In this document: positions 40,100 to 53,912 of the stretch, piece after piece | Layout of the letters: every line of letters begins with the position of its first letter | How positions within the stretch are numbered: position 1 is the stretch's first letter | NCBI GenBank assembly: GCA_951406725.2 | Contig: OX597833.1 | Coordinates: forward strand, 18,600,001 to 18,664,000 | Length of the DNA: 64,000 nt | From: Octopus vulgaris | Taxonomy: Eukaryota | Direction: 5' to 3' | Translations under genes and position numbers: made by a program | The notes under the pieces: model-generated | Databases searched by the model: none | The model's input: the letters and a program-made list of their open reading frames with translations, nothing else | Told to the model about the DNA's origin: nothing

Positions 40100-40493
40100 G
40101 GGAAGCACTCCGTCGGTTCCGACGACGAGGGTTCCGGTTGATCCGAATCAACGGAACAGCCTGCTCGTGAAATTAACGTGTAAGTGGCTGAGCACTCCAC
40201 AGACACGTGTACCCTTAACGTAGTTCTCAGGGATATTCAGCGTGACACAGAGAGTGACAAGGCCGGCCCTTGAAATACAGGTACAACAGAAACAGGAAGA
40301 AGAGAGAGAGAGAGAGAGAGAGAGTTGTGGTGAAAGAGTACAGCAGGGACCACCACCATCCCCTGCCGGAGCCTCGTGGAGCTTTTAGGTGTTTTCGCTC
40401 AATAAACACTCACAACGCCCGGTCTGGGAATCGAAACCGCGATCCTACGACCGCGAGTCCGCTGCCCTAACCACTGGACCATTGCGCCTCTAC
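40100..40493 (-). mobile_element. SINE family C with tail type 1, full length
   Basis: TSD ATGTAGGTATT at 40089-40099 and 40494-40504. Confidence 0.92.
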
Positions 40494-40850
40494 ATGTAGG
40501 TATTAGAGATAATATAGGTCGAGGAATCGTATATTTACATATATGTATATGCGTATGCATATGTATGACATGTTTCCAAAGAGTTTCTGTTCACTAAAGT
40601 TCACAAGGATTTGGTCGACCCAAGTTTTAAAAATATATATACACGTCCAAAGTGGTGCACAGCGGGATCAAAAAACGCGGATGTTACAAAATAGATGAAG
40701 AGTTATGTGGTAAGAAGCTTATTTCCCAACCACATGGTTCCGGGTTCAGTCCCGGTGCGTGGCACCTTCGGCAAGTCTTTCTTACTGTAGCAACAGGCCG
40801 ACCAAAGCCTTGTGAGTGGATTTGGAAGACGGAAGCTGACAGAAACCTAT

Positions 40851-40894
<44 letters not shown>

Positions 40895-41053
40895 TTTTTT
40901 AATTAATATATTATATATTGATCATTCATTTTTATACTTTTTGAGATCTAGTTATAAGTTATGTTTTATAAAAAAATATATATTATTTGTTATTTACGTA
41001 TCGGTTTACGTCTATCAATGTTTTTTGTTCCATAATAGTGGTTTTATCTCTAA

Positions 41054-41107
<54 letters not shown>

Positions 41108-41111
<4 letters not shown>

Positions 41112-41325
41112 AGAATTCACACAAAAAGCAAAAAGGAGGACAGGTGATGTAGACAACAAACAGATGTATTAGTATAACGCTCGGGAAGTGAAAAAGTCTT
41201 TAATGTTTCGGGCCTACGCTCTTCCACAGAAAGGAACACAGAAAGAAACAAGGAGAGAAAATAAAGAAGAGAAAATAAAAGGGAAAATACAGAGAGAAAA
41301 TAAAGAATGTGTAGTGGCAAGTGAT

Positions 41326-41328
<3 letters not shown>
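41108..41328 (-). mobile_element. Short (TA)n-embedded Penelope-like element with hammerhead-like motif (41197-41233)
   Basis: Reverse complement CTTT-CTGTGGA-A-GAG-CGTAGG-CCC-GAAAC-ATT-AAAG; homologous to 34293-34505; (TA)n on both sides. Confidence 0.6.
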
Positions 41329-41390
<62 letters not shown>

Positions 41391-41571
41391 TGAGTGTGTT
41401 GCAGTATACGGTTTCAGCTAATCCGGTGGTACTCATTAAAAAAAACTCCTTAATGTATCATTCTCCAAAACATGTAGAAGGCATAGTATGATAGAAGAGA
41501 AACATAAGTAGTGTATAGCATTAAAAATAAAGAGATGAAGTTTATTTTACCATTGGACATTCTAATTTAAC

Positions 41572-41848
41572 AACAATTGTTTCAGCGTGGAAGGCGTTTA
41601 TAAGCCATTTAAAAACAACACACAAAACTGTTAGATTCGCTTCAACATTTAAATTTAATTTGTGACAAAATACTTCCGTAGCTTTGACAAAATTCGTGCT
41701 GCATGAAATTTTGTCAGTGAACAGGTCGCGGTTTCAAAGCGACGGAAATATTTTGACACAAATTAAATTTAAATGTTGAAGTGAATCTAACGGTTTTTGT
41801 GTGTGTTTTTAAAAGACTTATAAACACCTTCCACGCTGCAATTGTTTT
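41572..41848. mobile_element. Foldback/MITE-like palindrome with inner hairpin
   Basis: Arms CAGCGTGGAAGG...AACATTTAAATTTAATTTGTG / CACAAATTAAATTTAAATGTT...CCTTCCACGCTG; centre TGACAAAATTCGTGCTGCATGAAATTTTGTCA. Confidence 0.8.
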
Positions 41849-42096
41849 TTGTTTCAGCACACGATCTCATATAAAGTCACTTGCGATGCAAGCTCATCTC
41901 CGTAAACAATTGTTTCGTAGCTTAATAAACATGATTTTTATAGCTATTTTTTATAATTTGTATCACCGAGGAATCGACGTAAGCTTAAATAATAAACCGT
42001 GATAAGTGAACCGCGATACGGCGAGGGATTACTGTTCTTCGTTTTTTTTATTTGGTTAGCAAGATTCTCGTTAGAAATCCATGTGTTGAAGCAAAC

Positions 42097-42328
42097 CTAT
42101 TTCTTTATTACCCACAAGGGGCTAAACACAGAGGGGACAAACAAGGACAGACATAGGTATTAAGTCGATTATATCGACCCCAGTGCGTAACTGGTACTTA
42201 ATTTATCGACCCCGAGAGGATGAAAGGCAAAGTCGACCTCGGCGGAATTTGAACTCACAACGTTGCGCCAGACGAAACACCGCAAAGCATTTCGTCCGGC
42301 ACGCTAACGTTTCTGCCAGCTCGCCGCC
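42097..42328 (-). mobile_element. SINE family A, young copy
   Basis: 15-bp TSD TGTGTTGAAGCAAAC at 42082-42096 and 42334-42348. Confidence 0.92.
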
Positions 42329-42779
42329 TTATTTGTGTTGAAGCAAACCGTGTTGCTTCTGAGAAAGGTAATTAAGCCAAAATAACACACCCGTTGGTTC
42401 AATACCACTTCGGCATTTTTTTTTTCAGTCGGTGAAATATGTTACAAACTAACAAATCGATCTTTTGTTTGATTGTTTAATATGATGCTTAAACAATCAA
42501 TCAGTTGTTTGTCCACGTCTCTTTCGTCGCTATTCGCAACCTCTTCAATAGCAAGCCCTCCTCTTCAGTCTTTGAGTATGTCTGAGAGTTGGTCTTAACC
42601 CTATGTATATGTATGCTTGCATGTGTATATGTAGATGTGTGGTTGCTTATTTATGAGTGTGCATTCCGATATGTGTGTGTGTGTGTGTTAGTGTGTGAGT
42701 ATGTATGTGTGCACACGCATATGTGTGTCTAGGTGCTTTTTCACATGCGTGTGTACACGATGTAGCCGGTTTTTAAAAA

Positions 42780-43010
42780 GGCGGCGAGCTGGCAGAAACG
42801 TTAGCACGCCGGGCGAAATGCTTAGCGGTATTTCGTCTGCGTTACGTTGTGAGTTCAAATTCCGCCGAGGTCGATTTTGCCTTTCATCCTTTCGGGGTCG
42901 ATAAATTAAGGTACCAGTTACGCACTGGGGTCGATATAGTCGACTTAATACCTATGTCTGTCCTTGTTTGTCCCCTCTGTGTTTAGCCCCTTGTGGGTAA
43001 TAAAGAAATA
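42780..43010 (+). mobile_element. SINE family A, young copy
   Basis: TSD GGTTTTTAAAA at 42768-42778 and 43011-43021. Confidence 0.92.
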
Positions 43011-43056
43011 GGTTTTTAAAATAGGTAAGCATCTATATGTATGTGTGCGCACGTTC

Positions 43057-43116
<60 letters not shown>

Positions 43117-43120
<4 letters not shown>

Positions 43121-43456
43121 ACGCGTTCACATATGTGTGCATGCACTTGCGTATGCCTATGTTTGGGAAGGGATGCATGTGTGTGCGTGGACGTTTTTGC
43201 TTGGATATATGTGTGTGTGTGTAAGTGTGTGTGTGAGTGTGTGCGCGTTTACATGTGTGTGCAAGCGCTTGCGCATGTCTGTGTTTGTGAAGGGGTGCAT
43301 GTGTGTGTACGTGGACGTTTTTGCCCGGATGGGTGTGTGTGTGTGTGAGTGCGTGTGTAAATGTGTGTAAGTGTGTGTGTGCGTGCGCGCGTTCACATAT
43401 GTGTGCAAGCACTTGCGCATGTCTGTGTTTGGGAAGGAGTGCATGTTTTTGCCTGG

Positions 43457-43460
<4 letters not shown>
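43117..43460. repeat. Higher-order 125-140 bp tandem repeat (about 2.6 copies) built on (GT)n
   Basis: CGCGTT(C/T)ACAT(A/G)TGTGTGCA...GTTTG(G/T)GAAGG recurs near 43120, 43244 and 43388. Confidence 0.75.
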
Positions 43461-43511
<51 letters not shown>

Positions 43512-43689
43512 TAACTGTATATTGATTTTTAATTTGTAGTTTTCCTATAAATAAGACTCACATACCTAATCACATTTTCTGGTGGTGAATGCCACATAAG
43601 GTGGTAACGTTATCATTACTAATGTTTTTTTCTATCAAGTTCTGTATATATTGCTTGTCCGGTAGCCAATGTAATGTATATAATCCAGT

Positions 43690-43950
43690 GTAAACATGGT
43701 AGTTGTAAACCTCATGACTGAAACTGCTTCATGAGGCACACAACACATCCACGTCACTTGACAATGCATTTACGTGAAGGATCATTACAGCACACCGTAA
43801 TACGGCACATAATACAAGACGAGGTGGATAAACATCCGAGACTTCTCTGGAAGTTTGGAAATTTAAAGCTTTCTATACGATTGCATTTCCAAATGTTTTC
43901 GGTGTGTAAGCAACAGTAAGATGATACACATATACATTGGAAACGTGTTT
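43690..43950 (+). mobile_element. Possible Penelope GIY-YIG relic
   Basis: NCFMRHTTHPRHLTMHLREGSLQH resembles PLE 'YIGHTT..LSRRLTMH...GSI..H'. Confidence 0.35.
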
Positions 43951-44062
43951 ATGTGTATACATGATTTCCCATAGTTTAGTATTCCTGTAACGCCCGTGAG
44001 ATGATCAGGTATCAGTGGCTGTGTCGTGGATACCTAATAATTTTTTGTATTCTATATAAGAT

Positions 44063-44645
<583 letters not shown>

Positions 44646-45010
44646 AGCATGCTTTGACCAGTAAAGACAAATATCGTCCCCTGACTAATTCTAATCGGCT
44701 CAGCCAGGCACTACGCAGTTGTTCGGAATCTAATACCTTGCTTCTCTTCCAGTTTGTGAAGGTACCTAGAGTTGATTCCTTTCCTTGATCGTACCTTTGA
44801 CGAATAAACCCATCGAAGGACTTTTCTTTTGACCTTCAAACACTCGCTTTAGTAAAAACGAATCTTCATTTATGTTTTGTATCGAAGAAATACTCAGGGA
44901 GCTTTCTAGCCGCTAACAAAGGCCGCTGCATTCTTGCAGCTAACACCTGGCGGCTGTCTTGAGTTCTTTTTTTTAACTAATCATCTAATTCCCTAACTTA
45001 GTTGTAGTTA

Positions 45011-45440
45011 CTCTCTTTACTCTCTCTCTCTCTTTTACTCTTTTACTTGTTTCAGTCATTTGACTGCGGCCATGCTGGAGCACCACCTTTAATCGAGCAA
45101 CTCGACCCCGGGACTGATTCTTTTGTAAGCCCAGTACTTATTCTATCGGTCTCTTTTGCCGAACGCTAAGTGACGGGGACGTAAACACACCAGCATCGGT
45201 TGTCAAGCAATGCTAGGGGAACAAACACAGACACACACACATACATGCACACATATGTATATATATATATCCATATATACGACAGGCTTCTTTCAGTTTC
45301 CGTCTACCAAATCCACTCACAAGGCTTTGGTCGGCCCGAGGCTATAGTAGAAGACACTTGCCCAAGGTGCCACGCAGTGGGACTGAACCCGGAACTATGT
45401 GGTTGGTAAGCAAGCTACTTACCACACAGCCACTCCTGCA
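45011..45440 (-). mobile_element. SINE family B, full length
   Basis: Colinear with consensus. Confidence 0.9.
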
Positions 45441-46940
45441 CTTCCTGCTATCATTTAACTCTAAAACAGCTTTGATTAAGAAGACCTATGGCCAAAGGCG
45501 TTCTTGCCGTGGCTGTCCTTCGTATTCTTCAGATATTATTCTCTGGATTCATTCATACGTATTTCTGTTTCTAACGTAGTAGAATGTGATAGTATGTTGT
45601 GTGAGAAAATAGGCTGCTATTTCTAGCTGTCTGTCAACGACCTAGAGGCTCTCGTTAGCTCACCTTAATCTTAATTTTTTTATAGTTGGATCTAACTAAA
45701 ATTAAGAAATTCAAATTTAAACATTACTTCAATTTCGCCAACCATTTGCAATCTAAAATAGACGTGTGTCAATCTCCGCCTCAAATCCGGTCACTTTGCA
45801 CGCTAGAAACAACGCGTCCAGCTGGTAATAGCGAAGACTAAAATTGAACTGTACAGATCCCAAACTTGTGATTTATGTAGCTAACTAACCAGCACAAAAA
45901 AAAATGTAGACTCTTTACACTTTTCCTAATGAATACTTTATCTAAATGCGACCTGGATGACCCATTGCTATTAGTACAAGTCCACATCATTTCAATATCC
46001 GTCAGACAGTTTGCAACTGTAATTTAAGAGGCTTTTACACCCTTCCCGCTTTCCCACTATTCCTCCACACACACATTGAGGCCCAAACCGCGTAGTCAGC
46101 CAAACGAGTGAGTGTCTGCGTGCTGGAAATCCTATTCTCGCTGATGTTTATCTCATCTGTAGCAAGTGACAGTTCATTTAGCAGAAACTCGGGTTACGCA
46201 AATTTACACTTCCAGCTTTCAGTAAAGCCTTTTGTTGAAGTTGTTAAGAGATAAGAAAACGATTACTTACCAGAGTGTGGGTTCTTTCAAACCCCTGAAT
46301 TCCTTTGTAGGGAATTGGAATCTTACCAAGGCAAGGAACTCTTTCACGTGCTCACGGTAGGGGCTCTTTAACGCGGGATGTTGATCAATAACTTCTTTTT
46401 TTTTTGTTGCTTTGTTGAAGTACCCCCCCTCTTAATTTCACACCCTGTCACTCTTCCGTGTTCTGTAATTTAATTTTTAATCTTTCTTTTTTATAACGGC
46501 GTACATCAACTTCCCATTAAGTCTGTCAAGAGCCCTAAGGTTCTTAAGATCTGAGCTTAGGGCGATTTCCTGGGTATATAAGAGGTGCAAAAGTGAGTGA
46601 GAGTATAAAAATCCACCTCCACCCCCACTCATGCCGAACGGGACGTCGATCCGTCGCCGGGTTCAACTTCCTAGCAATTGCTGGAACTCATCTACGGCTG
46701 AAACGGAGCGGTGCAACATGAAATGAAGTGTTTTGTACATAAAAATAACGCACCGCCCAGCCCGAGAATAGAAACCACGATCTTACGAACTTTTAGTTCA
46801 ACACCTTAACCACTAGGCCATACATCTTCACTTTTTTTTTCCAACCTCCCGTTGCGCCTTCGAATATCTCTAAAAGCCTGGATGTAAACAAAATGATATT
46901 TTACTGATTTAGGACGTTTCATACACACACAAACACACAT

Positions 46941-46979
<39 letters not shown>

Positions 46980-46994
46980 TCATCACACACACAT

Positions 46995-47040
<46 letters not shown>

Positions 47041-49339
47041 ATACTTACACACACACACATACACACACATCTTATCCCAAGGACCTAGCTTTTGAACTTT
47101 AGTCCTTCTCCACTTTGCTGCACGGTGTCGTTTCGTAAGCATGGCTCTATAGATGTTAAGAAGTTCCAAATCAAAAGATTCTAGGTTCGATCTTATTTGG
47201 TCGTACCTTGAGCAGGTGCCTTCTAAAATAGCTCCGAGCTGACCCAAACTTGTGAGTTAAACTAGGTATATGAAAACTGTGCAGAATCGTTTCCGATGAA
47301 CTGTACTTGTTCTTGGGTGGCAGACTGAACCTATTGCCATGTTTAATACCAGTACCTGGTCCTTAAGGGAGTCCACCATGTTACAAGCATTCAGACGACA
47401 TCTCCAGTCAAAGGGATACCCTATGAAGAGCTCCCTAATGCAGCATCTCATGACCGTATTTTCTTTTTCCCTTTTATTCTTTTACTTGTTTCAGTTATTG
47501 GACAGCAGCCATGCTCGGGTACCGCCTTGAAGGGATCTTAATCAAATGAATCGATCCCAGTACTTTATCAGTCTCTATTTCCGAACCGCTATGTTACGGG
47601 GACATAGACAAACCAACAACGGTTGTCAAGTGGTGGTGGGGAACAAACACGTACTCAATGACACACACACACACACATAAGTATATACATACATATATAT
47701 ACGATAGGCTTCTTTCAGTTTCCATCTACCAAATCCGCTCTTGGCGCCAGTGGCGTTGCAACTTATTATACAGCTGAGTGGACTGGAACAATACGATATA
47801 AATTATCTTGCTCAAGAACACAACACAGAGCCCAGTCCAGAAAAAGCTATCAATTCCCAAAACTGAATTTAAGGCGGCAAGCTGGCTGAATCGTTAGTTC
47901 GTCGGACTAAATGATTAGCGACGTTTCTTTTAGCTCTTTGCGCTCTGAGTTCAAAATCCGCCGAGGTCACCTTTTCATTTCATTACTTCGAAGGTCGATA
48001 AAATAAAGTACCACTCTCGGACAAGTCGATTACATCGGTTTTTCCCCGCCCTTCAAAATGACTGGCCTACTCTCGTTCAGCGGGGAATATTGCAATCTTA
48101 CCTTCGACAAAATTTCTGAGATTAATAAGTAGTATAAATCATTTTACTTGAGGCATATATGAAACTTTTACCTACCCTAATTTCACATCCAAAGCTATCC
48201 GTTCAGAGTGTACGTCGGAAAAATTGTTTCAAATTTTGGCGCCATGCCAGCAATTTTAAGAGAAAGGGAAAAGTAATTACATAGACTCCAGTACTCAACT
48301 GTACTTATTTATCGATACCGAGAGGATGAAAGGTAAAATCAACCTCGGCAGCATTTGAACTCAGAACGTAAAAAGCCGAAAGAAATGCTTCTAATCATTT
48401 TGTCCGGCGCTGTAACGATTCCGTGAACCCGTCGCCTTGTTATACGCCAGAAATATTAGAAGCCTCTTCTCCGCTTGAAAATCTTAGCCTGAAGAGTGTA
48501 CTATATCCTTATCTCATCTGGATCGTTCTTACGGTCTTTCATTGAATCAAATATCATTATCGGCGAAAGGTCAGGAAAAGAAAGACAGAGAGGAAGCGTG
48601 TGTAAAAACTAAAATGAAATAGAGGTACTTAACGAGATGATTGACATTAAATTAAAGGAACTTATGGGAAGAGTATACAGGGAGAAAGAGAAGCAAATGG
48701 AAGGCAGGGGGTGATAGTCAGATATCAGAAGGCACGTATATATTTTATAATAACGGGCTCTCGATATAAAATGAGGTGTAATTTAGTGAGTGTATATAAT
48801 ATAATTGAATGAAAAAGGAAGACAGAGTTCTTGAAGGGCAACAAAAAAAGGTAGCCAACAAATAAACTATACACAAATGCTATGATTAGGTAAAACAGAG
48901 GAATCCGAGGAAACTAGAGATGGACTACGTTAGCAAATAGTAGTAAGTACAAAAAGTTCACAAAGTTGGCTAAATTAGTTTGCTTTGAGGAAGATGAGAG
49001 ATCTGACATTTCTGCCAGGGAGCTTAATCTCGTGTTGGACTCTACACGAAACGTTAAAAACTCATCCTTTACCTCAAGGCAAACTAAATTATTCATTTTA
49101 GTAAACATGTTTTTCTTCTTTTTTCTTTGTATCATATTTTGTATTTGAGGTGAATTTCTTATCAGGATCGTTAAAGTGGTGAACAAGTAGAATCGTTTGC
49201 ACATCGACCAAAATGCTTAGCGTCAACCCCTCCGGCTCTTTACGTCCTGAGTTCAAATTCTTTACGTTCTCAGTTCAAAGACTTTGTCTCTCATCCCTTT
49301 CGGGATCGATAAAATAAAGCACCAATCAAGTACAGCAGT

Positions 49340-49650
49340 CTTCTCTTCTTGTCTTGAGACAGCATTCACCCGGGGTGGGTTGAGCTAGCTTCAATCATCC
49401 TCAATGCTGCATCTCTCACAAACGCCGACCAGGCCTGGCGATTTGAGGCTAACGACCGCGTGATCTCCAACCACTCCCTATTCCAGCGGCGAATGCCGTA
49501 GACATGGGGTCCTCGGTTGGGATTCAGATCAGCCTTGACTGTCATCAGCCAGGTTTTTCGTGGTCCAGCACATCGCTTTCGCCAACCCTGAAGGGGAGCT
49601 GGGGCAATTGCTTCGTAGATGAATTCTCCTGGTCGACTTGCCCAGCCCAC
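49340..49650 (-). mobile_element. RTE-clade LINE 3' fragment inserted into a SINE A
   Basis: Open frame ...GWRKRCAGPRKTWLMTVKADL...VYGIRRWNREWLEITRSLASNRQAWSAFVRDA...PG* with a short repetitive tail (CAAGACAAGAAGAGAAGAC). Confidence 0.82.
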
Positions 49651-49897
49651 TCTAAACTGATAGCATTATGCTAAAATTTGAAACCATTACCAGAATCGTT
49701 AAAGCTCTGGGTTCCAGATCAGCCTTGACTGTCATCAGTCAGGTTTTTCGTGGTCCAGCACATCGCTTTCGCCAACCCTGAAGGGGAGCTGGGGCAATTG
49801 CTTCGTAGATGAATTCTCCTGGTCGACTTGCCCAGCCCACTCAAAACTGATAGCATTATGCTAAAATTTGAAACCATTATCAGAATCGTTAAAGCTC
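49525..49897. repeat. 190-bp-period direct tandem duplication
   Basis: 49525-49707 is repeated at 49715-49897 with about 3 mismatches. Confidence 0.92.
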
Positions 49898-50187
49898 CGG
49901 AAAAATTTGGTTTGCGAATATTTTTTCGATTTTTCTTTTATTGATCCATTTATTTATTTTACATTCTGAGTTTAAATTTCGTTCATTCAAATTTATCTTT
50001 CATTTCACCCGGCGTCGATAAAATAAAATACCACTCAGTAATGGAAGTGGGGCAGCATTTTGAGATCTGCTGTTTAAACCTATTATAGGTTAATGGGCCA
50101 GGGTGTGGACGTAGGGCATCAAACTAAAGGGCTACCCCGGGCGTGCACACTCACCACTATCATGCTAGTGGTATTGCTCATAGAAAT

Positions 50188-50434
50188 ACTCTTTTACTTG
50201 TTTCAGTCATGTGACTGGCCATGCTGGAGCACCGCCTTCAGTCGAGCAAATCGACCCCAGGACTTATTCTTTGTAAGCCTAGTACTTATTCTATCGGTCT
50301 CTTTTGCCGAACCACTAAGTTACGGGAACGTAAACACACCAGCATCGGTTGTCAAGCGATGTTGGGGGGACAAACACAGACACACAAACATATATACACA
50401 CAAACATATATACACACAAACATATATACACACA

Positions 50435-50487
<53 letters not shown>

Positions 50488-50610
50488 GACAGGCTTCTTT
50501 CAGTTTCCGTCTACCAAATCCACTCACAAGGCTTTGGTCGGCCCGAGGCTACAGTAGAAGACACTTGCCCAAGGTGCCACGCAGTGGGACTGAACCCGGA
50601 ACCATGTGGT
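50188..50610 (-). mobile_element. SINE family B, slightly 5'-truncated
   Basis: Colinear with consensus. Confidence 0.88.
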
Positions 50611-50966
50611 TCGATTTCCACTCATTTACTTATTATTTTTTCTAAAATTTTTGTTGCGTCTTGCAAACCTCTTCAATAGTCGTTGACTCTGTCCGTTATC
50701 CTAGCTGCGTTCTTTTTGTTTGTATGCTTGTGCGCATGTGTGTGCGTCAGCGTGCATGTGTATACACGTATGTATGTATGCATGCATATATGTATGTATG
50801 TATGGGTATGCATGTATGTGTGTATGCATGCATGTATGTATTTATATATGATTTCACATAAAAAGAATACACACACGCACTCATATATACATACACACGC
50901 GCGCGTCTCTGTGTGTGTGTATATATATAATTCAAAAATGTGTACCTATCTCTCTCTCTCTTTTCT

Positions 50967-51082
<116 letters not shown>

Positions 51083-52112
51083 ACATACGTATGTATGTGC
51101 GTACACATGAATATCTGTTATTTATGTTTATACGTGTTAGAGTGTGTGTATGTGTACACAAACACATATATTTATATACTATTTATGCGAGTACATGTGT
51201 GTATGTGCATGTGTGTGCGTGTATGTGTATGTGCATGTGTGAGAGAGAGAGAGAGAGAGAGATATTTTTTTATTATATTATTTTTTAGGGGGGGGGGGTG
51301 TGTGTTTCTAAAAAAAATGGGGACAGTAAGCATGTAGATTTATAAAAAACGAAAAATCAGCGACTGAATTAAGGATCATATTTACACTGAAATTAAATTC
51401 TGAAATGTGAATTTATCTGCAAATTTCTTGTACAAAAGCATTCAGCTCTACGGAAGAAAAATTGTTTATAAAAAATTTTCTTTAATGCACAAGACTAATT
51501 TAACGAAAAAACAATTAAACCGGACTTGGAAGAAAAGGGAAAACAAATGTGGAAATATGACAAAAGGAAGAAATGGAGGAAGAAGAAGAAAAGAAAAAAG
51601 ACGAAATAAGAAAAAAAAAAACAAAAAAACTCCGTAAGAAACATTCTCTAAAAAACATTGGGTATAATTATTCAACTGAAATAAAAAAAAACCTTAAAAA
51701 CTAATAAAAAAAAAAATATAAAAGAAAAACAAAAACTGTGTGGTGTTATTATTCTTAAAAGCAAAAAAAATTGTTAAATGTTGAAATGTTTAAAGCACTC
51801 AGCAATTTTATCTTGATAAAACATTTGAACCTCTCCATAAATGATAAATGACCCAATTTTCAGTCTTATTTGGGACTCGATGTAAAAATCAGCTTGCTGT
51901 ATCAAACTTTTCTTGATCTTGGGTGAACTTATATGTCATCAAAGAACTGGATATGCGGACGGCCAGCTGTGTTTTTTTTCTGTTCAGAAAGCGACTGAAA
52001 ATTGTATCCTTTGAAAAATTAAGGGGACCCATGAAATGGGAAATTGCTTTATTCAATAGTTCTTGTACCAAAAGCATGGAGTCAGCTCTCACGGAAGAAA
52101 GAAAAAATCTTT

Positions 52113-52537
52113 GGATCTTTACGGTTTGAACGGCAGTTTTTTAAAATAATTTCCACGTAACAAAACACTTTTAAACTTCGTATACTGGTAGAATGTGTTT
52201 ATAAAACATCTTTTTCTCTTGGCTTTATTGAGAAAATTCTATAGTTTGTAAGATATTTGTTGTTGTTTTTCTTCAATTTCTGCAATTTCAACCAATCAAT
52301 GACGTCTATTGAGGTAAAAAAAAAACATTCTGTGCCGTAAGAATATATCCCTCGTTTAAAAAATAGATTGGGTTTATTTACATTTGTGAAGAAAAAAAAG
52401 ATACCCTTCCCTAACCCTAACTAACCCTAACCCTAAAACATATTGAAATGCAATAGATCGATACTAGGGTCATAATTATGGGTGACAATTTCATATGACA
52501 CCGCTAGAAAAAACTGCCGTTCAAACCCAAAAGTTCC
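52113..52537. mobile_element. Merlin-type MITE with internal (CCCTAA)n
   Basis: TIRs GGATCTTTACGGTTTGAACGGCAGTTTTTT / AAAAAACTGCCGTTCAAACCCAAAAGTTCC; 8-bp TSD AAATCTTT/AAACCTTT; left arm homologous to 38614-38790. Confidence 0.78.
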
Positions 52538-52681
52538 AAACCTTTAAACGCAGGTTGAACATCAAATACGTTGAGACACCCTCATTGTCTTAATTAAGTA
52601 TCACTTGCGATGTGTTCATCCCAACTTGCCATTTCTCCATAAATGTAAGTGATCTATTGTTTATATGGGACATCAGTATTA

Positions 52682-53117
52682 GGGAGCTGGCAGAATCGTT
52701 AGCACGACGGGCGAAATGCTTAGCGACATTTCGTCCGTCTACGTTCTGAGTTCAAATGCCGCCGGGGTCAGCTTTGTCTTTCATCCTTTTGGAACCGATA
52801 AAATAAGTACCAGTTGAGCACAGGGGTCGATGTAATCGACTTAGCCCCTTCTCTGAGCTTGCTGGCCTTGTGCCAAAATTTGAAATTATCTTTGGTAAGC
52901 TGTAACGCTGTCAAATGGCAGAATTGTTAGCACGCCGGGCAAAATGCTTAGCGACATTTCGTCCATCTTTACGTTCTGAGTTCAAATTCCGAAGGAGTCG
53001 ACTTTGCCTTTCATCCTTTCGGAGATCGATAAAATAAGTACCAGTTGAGCACTAGGTTGATGTAATCGACTTAGCCTCTCTCCCGAAATTGATAGCTTTG
53101 TGCCAAAATTTGAAACC
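52682..53117 (+). mobile_element. Two tandem SINE A copies (older 3' variant ending TTGTGCCAAAATTTGAAA)
   Basis: Family A head and core with alternative tail. Confidence 0.85.
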
Positions 53118-53868
53118 AACATTGGGGAAAATGGAAGAGTACTTTAGTGTACACACTAAGTAGTAACTACCAACCATTATGAAACCACTGAAGGCGGTTT
53201 TGTGTGCACCTTTTAGAAAAAACAACAAAATCACCCTCAAATCAACAACTACAAGGTCTGTACGCAAGTCGTTTGATCTGCTAATAATAGCTGTCAAATT
53301 TCCATTAAATCACATCATACCATCTTTAAAAAGTAAGAACACATTACATAGTGTTCTTAGTTACCCTATGAGTAAAAAGTTGGAATGGTCATAGTTATCG
53401 TAGGCCACGTGAATGAGAAGTGATTTCGGTTAATAACAACTAAGTCGCTCAATCTCTAGGTAGTGGTTTGAAACGCTAAAAGTATCAGTCAAATTTCCCT
53501 CAAATCTTACCCTACATGAAACGACACATTATTAAATGGTTTACTGTATTTAGTTACGGACCGTTATGGTCGCAGTTCAAATCTCGTCGAAGTAGACTTC
53601 GCCTTTTATCTTTCTGGAGTCAATAAAACATTGGAAACTTTATAAGCGACAGTTTTGTGATCATGTCGGATTACATTATTAGAAAATGTGATCCTACGTA
53701 TACTGTATGAATACCCGATGGGATGGTCATGACTGACATACCTTTGATCTTAGGTTTCCTGTGTCAGAATAAACCTGGGACGGCGAGAGTTAAAACGGCA
53801 ACAAATTTTGACACAAGCAACTTTTTACATTATTTACAATGGACGGATAGGTGTCCTCATCTTGTTAT

Positions 53869-53912
53869 CACACCGTTTCGGCTGATGTATTCTCCAGCTT
53901 TCATCAGGTGTT
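53869..53912 (-). ncRNA. Degenerate Penelope-type hammerhead motif
   Basis: Reverse complement AACAC-CTGATGA-A-AGCTG-GAGAATACAT-CAGCC-GAAAC-GGTGTG; canonical core but cleavage triplet appears mutated. Confidence 0.5.
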
